Assembly: GCA_041548245.1 (NCBI GenBank)
Contig: JBFESZ010000075.1
Span: forward strand, 1 to 10,186
Direction of reading: 5' to 3'
DNA length: 10,186 nt
From: Sulfurimonadaceae bacterium
GTDB taxonomy: Bacteria > Campylobacterota > Campylobacteria > Campylobacterales > Sulfurimonadaceae
The notes under the pieces are model-generated. The model was not told the origin of the DNA, made no database searches, and was given only the letters and a program-made list of their open reading frames with translations. Below are positions 6,860 to 10,186 of this stretch, piece by piece. Each line of letters starts with the position of its first letter. Position 1 is the stretch's first letter. The position numbers and the translations under genes were made by a program.

Positions 6860-8239
6860 ATGAGAGAGTTCCTTGATACACAAAGAAGTGAACCTGAAAA
6901 ACGCCTTGTCGTAGAGCGTGTTAAAGATTTTAATGAAATTTATGAATTTTTTGAAACAAAGGAAGCTGCATCACAGAGTGACCGATGTATTCAGTGTGGC
7001 GATCCATTTTGTCTAAATAAATGTCCTTTGCATAATTACATTCCACAATGGCTAAAAGCGGTTGCTGAAAAAGATCTTGAGTTTGCATTCAAGCTTTCCA
7101 ACGAACCGTCTCCTTTCCCAGAGGTCATGGGACGTATTTGTCCACATGATCGTCTTTGTGAGGGGGATTGTACTCTTAATGACGGGCATGGTGCTATTAC
7201 TATTGGTTCGATAGAGACTTACATCAACGAAGAAGGGTTTAAAAGCGGCCTGAAACCTGAATTTCCAGGTATCACCTCAGATAAGAAAGTAGCCGTCATT
7301 GGTTCAGGTCCGGCAGGTCTTTCTGTAGCGACCTATCTTCTACGTGCAGGTATCGCTGTTGACATGTATGAAAAAGCAGATCGTGCCGGTGGACTTTTAA
7401 CCTATGGTATCCCAGGGTTCAAGTTGGATAAAAAAGTGGTTGAACGCCGTGTAAAAGGCCTTTTGGATGCGGGATTAAACCTGATAGTTAATTGTGAAGT
7501 CGGTAAAGACATCTCTTTTGACGAGCTGGCTTCAAACCATGATGCGATCTTCATCGGTATCGGTGCGACTAAGGCAAAGGTTGCTGGTCTTAATAACGAA
7601 AATGCCAAAGGTGTATATGCAGCGATGGAGTATCTCACAGCTATTCAGTATAAGAACTTTGGTGAGAGTTACAACAAAGAGCTTGATTTTAAAGACAAAA
7701 CAGTTGTTGTAATCGGCGGTGGTGACACGGCAATGGACTGTGTACGTACAGCTAAGCGTGAAGGTGCAAGATCAGTTACTTGTCTTTATCGTCGTGATGC
7801 ACACAATATGCCTGGATCTCAAAAAGAGTATAAAAATGCCAAAGAAGAGGGTGTGGACTTTACGTTCTATGCAGCACCTAAACAGATCCTTACAAACGAA
7901 AACGGTGAGGTTATCGGTGTTGAGATGATCAAGACAACACTTGGTCAAAAAGACGAGAGCGGCCGTGCACGTATGGAAGAGGTCAAAGGCAGCGAGTTTA
8001 AGGTCAATGCGGATGTTGTCATCATGTCACTTGGTTTTGATCCGCTGGTTCCTTCCTATTTGGCTGCCAATGGAATCGAGACAAACTCTTGGGGCGGTAT
8101 TATCGTCAACGAGAACTTTGAAACGACAACGTCAGGTGTTTTTGCCGGTGGTGATTGTTACCGTGGTGCGGACCTTGTTGTAAGAGCAGCATATGACGGG
8201 CGTGAAGCTGCTCGCGCTATAATAAAATCATTCAAATAA
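6860..8239 (+). CDS. gltD: Glutamate synthase small subunit (probably NADPH-dependent)
   Basis: 459 aa, 1 nt after the gltB stop, SD AAGGAG at 6848-6853. Fe-S motifs RCIQCGDPFCLNKCP and GRICPHDRLCEGDC, FAD motif GSGPAG, YGIP, NAD(P)H motif GGGDTAMD followed by YRR, C-terminal FAGGD. Confidence 0.97.
   Translation: MREFLDTQRSEPEKRLVVERVKDFNEIYEFFETKEAASQSDRCIQCGDPFCLNKCPLHNYIPQWLKAVAEKDLEFAFKLSNEPSPFPEVMGRICPHDRLCEGDCTLNDGHGAITIGSIETYINEEGFKSGLKPEFPGITSDKKVAVIGSGPAGLSVATYLLRAGIAVDMYEKADRAGGLLTYGIPGFKLDKKVVERRVKGLLDAGLNLIVNCEVGKDISFDELASNHDAIFIGIGATKAKVAGLNNENAKGVYAAMEYLTAIQYKNFGESYNKELDFKDKTVVVIGGGDTAMDCVRTAKREGARSVTCLYRRDAHNMPGSQKEYKNAKEEGVDFTFYAAPKQILTNENGEVIGVEMIKTTLGQKDESGRARMEEVKGSEFKVNADVVIMSLGFDPLVPSYLAANGIETNSWGGIIVNENFETTTSGVFAGGDCYRGADLVVRAAYDGREAARAIIKSFK
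8216..8223 (+). promoter_or_regulatory. Putative internal extended -10 promoter (GcTATAAT) in the gltD 3' end
   Basis: Perfect TATAAT at 8218-8223 with G at -14, 30 nt upstream of the IMPase-family ATG. Confidence 0.45.
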
Positions 8240-8253
8240 AGTCAGCAAATCTG

Positions 8254-8973
8254 ATGCAAGCTTTCATTCGCGAGAGTATCAAGGCCTGTCAAGAGGTCGT
8301 TGCGATGCTTGATGTAACGGATGACCCAGAAGCCTATCAAACACGTGAATACACAGGTGCAGGCGGTGATTTGTGTGTCGGGCTTGATTTGATGGCTGAA
8401 GAGATATTTCTCAAGCGGTTGGGAAGTTTTGGTCAGATAAACTCTGAGGAGAGTGGTATTGTAGGTGAAGGTGAGGCACAGATTGTCCTTGACCCTATCG
8501 ATGGAAGTGACAACATGCTCAGTCATTTTCCATACTATGGCGCCTCAATAGCTTATGTCAAAGATGAAAAAACCTCTATTGCCATCGTATGTAATTTTGC
8601 CAATGGGGATATTTTTATCAAAGATGAAAAGCAGTTCCTTAGAGGAAAACTTCACAGTGCCCACTTTAAAACAGTGGAAAAACACCATACTTCCAAAGTC
8701 GGGATTTTTGAAAAAGCTGCTTTATATCCCGAGTTGACACAGGTTTTAATGAAAAACGGCCTTAAATACAGAGCACCGGGGGCGGTCGCACTTTCTCTTG
8801 CTTATGCGCATTATGCTAATTATGTGGTATTTTTAGGTAGAATGCGTCAATATGATTTGAAGGCAGGTCTTTTTATGTGTGAAGGCCTTTATGTCTATCA
8901 AGATGACAAGCACATTATCGTTTCAAAAGACAAAGATATTTTTGAGCGTGTGAAAGCGGTAATATTAAAATAA
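8254..8973 (+). CDS. Inositol monophosphatase family (SuhB/FIG superfamily) phosphatase
   Basis: 239 aa with metal-binding motifs D45-x3-E, SEE, D80PIDGS-x-N, R-x2-G-x2-AL (YRAPGAVALSLAY) and YDLKAG (a variant of WDxAAG). Confidence 0.9.
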   Translation: MQAFIRESIKACQEVVAMLDVTDDPEAYQTREYTGAGGDLCVGLDLMAEEIFLKRLGSFGQINSEESGIVGEGEAQIVLDPIDGSDNMLSHFPYYGASIAYVKDEKTSIAIVCNFANGDIFIKDEKQFLRGKLHSAHFKTVEKHHTSKVGIFEKAALYPELTQVLMKNGLKYRAPGAVALSLAYAHYANYVVFLGRMRQYDLKAGLFMCEGLYVYQDDKHIIVSKDKDIFERVKAVILK

Positions 8974-8988
8974 TTTGGAGAGATTTAT

Positions 8989-9849
8989 ATGAGTTTATTT
9001 GATTTTTTCAGTTCGAAGCCAAGCAAGCCACAGCCAAGTAGAAGTGAAGCACCTTCTCACTGGATCAAGTGTCAGTCTTGCCAGGCATTGATGTATTATA
9101 AAGAGGTCGAAAAACAGCATTATGTCTGTCCAAAATGTGGTTATCATCTTAGAATAGGCGTTAAAGAGCGTATTTCTATTTTGTGTGATGAAGACTCCTT
9201 TGTCGAGATGGATGCTTCGCTTCGTCCAGTCGACCCGCTTAAATTTGTGGATAAAGTTTCGTATAAAAAGCGTATTGAAGATGCCGAAGCCAAGACAGGC
9301 AGGACGTCATCTGTTGTTAGCGGGGAATGTAGCATAAACGGAGTTTCCACGCAGCTTGTCATTTTTGATTTTTCATTCATGGGCGGTTCTTTAGGCTCGG
9401 TAGAGGGAGAAAAAATAGTTCGTGCGGTTAATCGTGCTATCGAGAAAAAAGAGGGTGTTATCATCATTTCAGCCTCAGGTGGTGCACGTATGCAGGAGAG
9501 TTCCTTCTCTTTGATGCAGATGTCAAAGACCTCTGCAGCTCTGGCAAAGCTGGCAAAACATAAGCTGCCTTATATCTCTGTGCTTACAGACCCTACCATG
9601 GGGGGTGTATCAGCATCATTTGCTACTCTGGGTGATATTATCATTGCCGAACCGGGAGCCCTGATAGGTTTTGCAGGTCAGCGTGTTATCAAACAGACGA
9701 TTGGCTCTGATCTTCCGGAAGGTTTTCAGCGGGCAGAGTTCTTATTGGAACATGGGGCTGTCGATATGGTCGTCAATCGTAATGAGATGAAAAAGACGAT
9801 TTCTGATCTTTTGTGTCTGCTTCAAGATAAAGAGATCCAAGCAGTATAA
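8989..9849 (+). CDS. accD: Acetyl-CoA carboxylase carboxyltransferase beta subunit
   Basis: 286 aa. C4 zinc finger WIKC28QSC31...VC47PKC50, DPLKFVD, FMGGSLGSVEGEK, SGGARMQES, PTMGGVSASFA, GFAGQRVI, LPEGFQRAEFLLEHG. SD GGAG at 8977-8980. Confidence 0.98.
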   Translation: MSLFDFFSSKPSKPQPSRSEAPSHWIKCQSCQALMYYKEVEKQHYVCPKCGYHLRIGVKERISILCDEDSFVEMDASLRPVDPLKFVDKVSYKKRIEDAEAKTGRTSSVVSGECSINGVSTQLVIFDFSFMGGSLGSVEGEKIVRAVNRAIEKKEGVIIISASGGARMQESSFSLMQMSKTSAALAKLAKHKLPYISVLTDPTMGGVSASFATLGDIIIAEPGALIGFAGQRVIKQTIGSDLPEGFQRAEFLLEHGAVDMVVNRNEMKKTISDLLCLLQDKEIQAV

Positions 9850-10186
9850 TGAAACTCTACGCACTCTGTGATCAGGACACTCTCTCTGGTCGCAACCTTT
9901 CCCTTCAAGACTTTGTTGAACTGGCTAAAAAACATCAAGCCGAGATCATTCAGTACCGTAACAAAAACGGTGATGAAGAGACGATCAAAAAAGCCTTGAT
10001 TGAACTGCGAAAGCATTGGGACGGTTTTTTGATCGTCAATGACAAATATGAACTTGTGTCATTTTGTGATGGTGTGCATATGGGACAAGAAGACCTTTTA
10101 TGCATTGACGAGGATATTGAAAAGTCCATTCAGTTTATACGCAAACTTATAGGCCCTGATAAACTGTTGGGGATTTCAACCCACAA
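9849..10186 (+). CDS. thiE: Thiamine-phosphate synthase (ThiE/TenI family), partial, runs off the window end
   Basis: Not in the ORF track. ATG overlaps the accD stop (TAATG). Manual translation gives MKLYALCDQD...AEIIQYRNK...FLIVNDKYELVSFCDGVHMGQED...KLLGISTH, which carries the ThiE motifs Q-x-R-x-K, (I/V)ND, DGVHxGQ(D/E)D and GxS(T)H. Confidence 0.9.
   Translation, partial: MKLYALCDQDTLSGRNLSLQDFVELAKKHQAEIIQYRNKNGDEETIKKALIELRKHWDGFLIVNDKYELVSFCDGVHMGQEDLLCIDEDIEKSIQFIRKLIGPDKLLGISTH

Noticed and set aside
8958..8965. GGTAATAT near the IMPase gene end as a possible accD promoter
   Set aside because: Only a 4/6 match to TATAAT in AT-rich sequence, too weak to call without TSS data.
7402..9467. 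Short alternative or antisense ORFs inside gltD, the IMPase gene and accD
   Set aside because: They are nested in well-supported genes and have no independent motifs.
9600..9605. G6 homopolymer in accD as a possible phase-variation tract
   Set aside because: It is too short compared with typical Campylobacterota contingency tracts (about 8 or more G), it encodes the conserved MGG, and the frame is intact.
9845..9850. TATAAT at the accD/thiE junction
   Set aside because: It is produced by the GTA-TAA/ATG overlap. A TSS from it would fall inside thiE, after the start codon.
9822..10016. 64-aa minus-strand ORF
   Set aside because: It is antisense to the accD end and the clearly recognisable thiE-like frame.

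Overview
AT-rich bacterial window that looks like Campylobacterota (Epsilonproteobacteria, plausibly Sulfurimonas/Sulfuricurvum-like), inferred from the short Campylobacterota-type RecO, the gene order and the promoter style. It is mostly housekeeping DNA. In order it holds the basic C-terminal tail of an upstream gene (possibly a DEAD-box helicase), a small acidic hypothetical protein, a ~362-375 aa basic protein with a degenerate PD-(D/E)XK nuclease-like motif, and a convergent recO. Divergent from recO is a tightly packed run: gltB-gltD (glutamate synthase), an inositol-monophosphatase-family gene, accD and a truncated thiE-like gene that is missing from the ORF track. I found no RNA genes, mobile elements, CRISPR arrays or clear intrinsic terminators, and no clearly demonstrable new system. 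The best leads are the uncharacterised nuclease-fold protein abutting recO, which probably starts at a non-canonical ATA/ATT codon, its acidic neighbour, and a probable internal promoter in the last codons of gltD.
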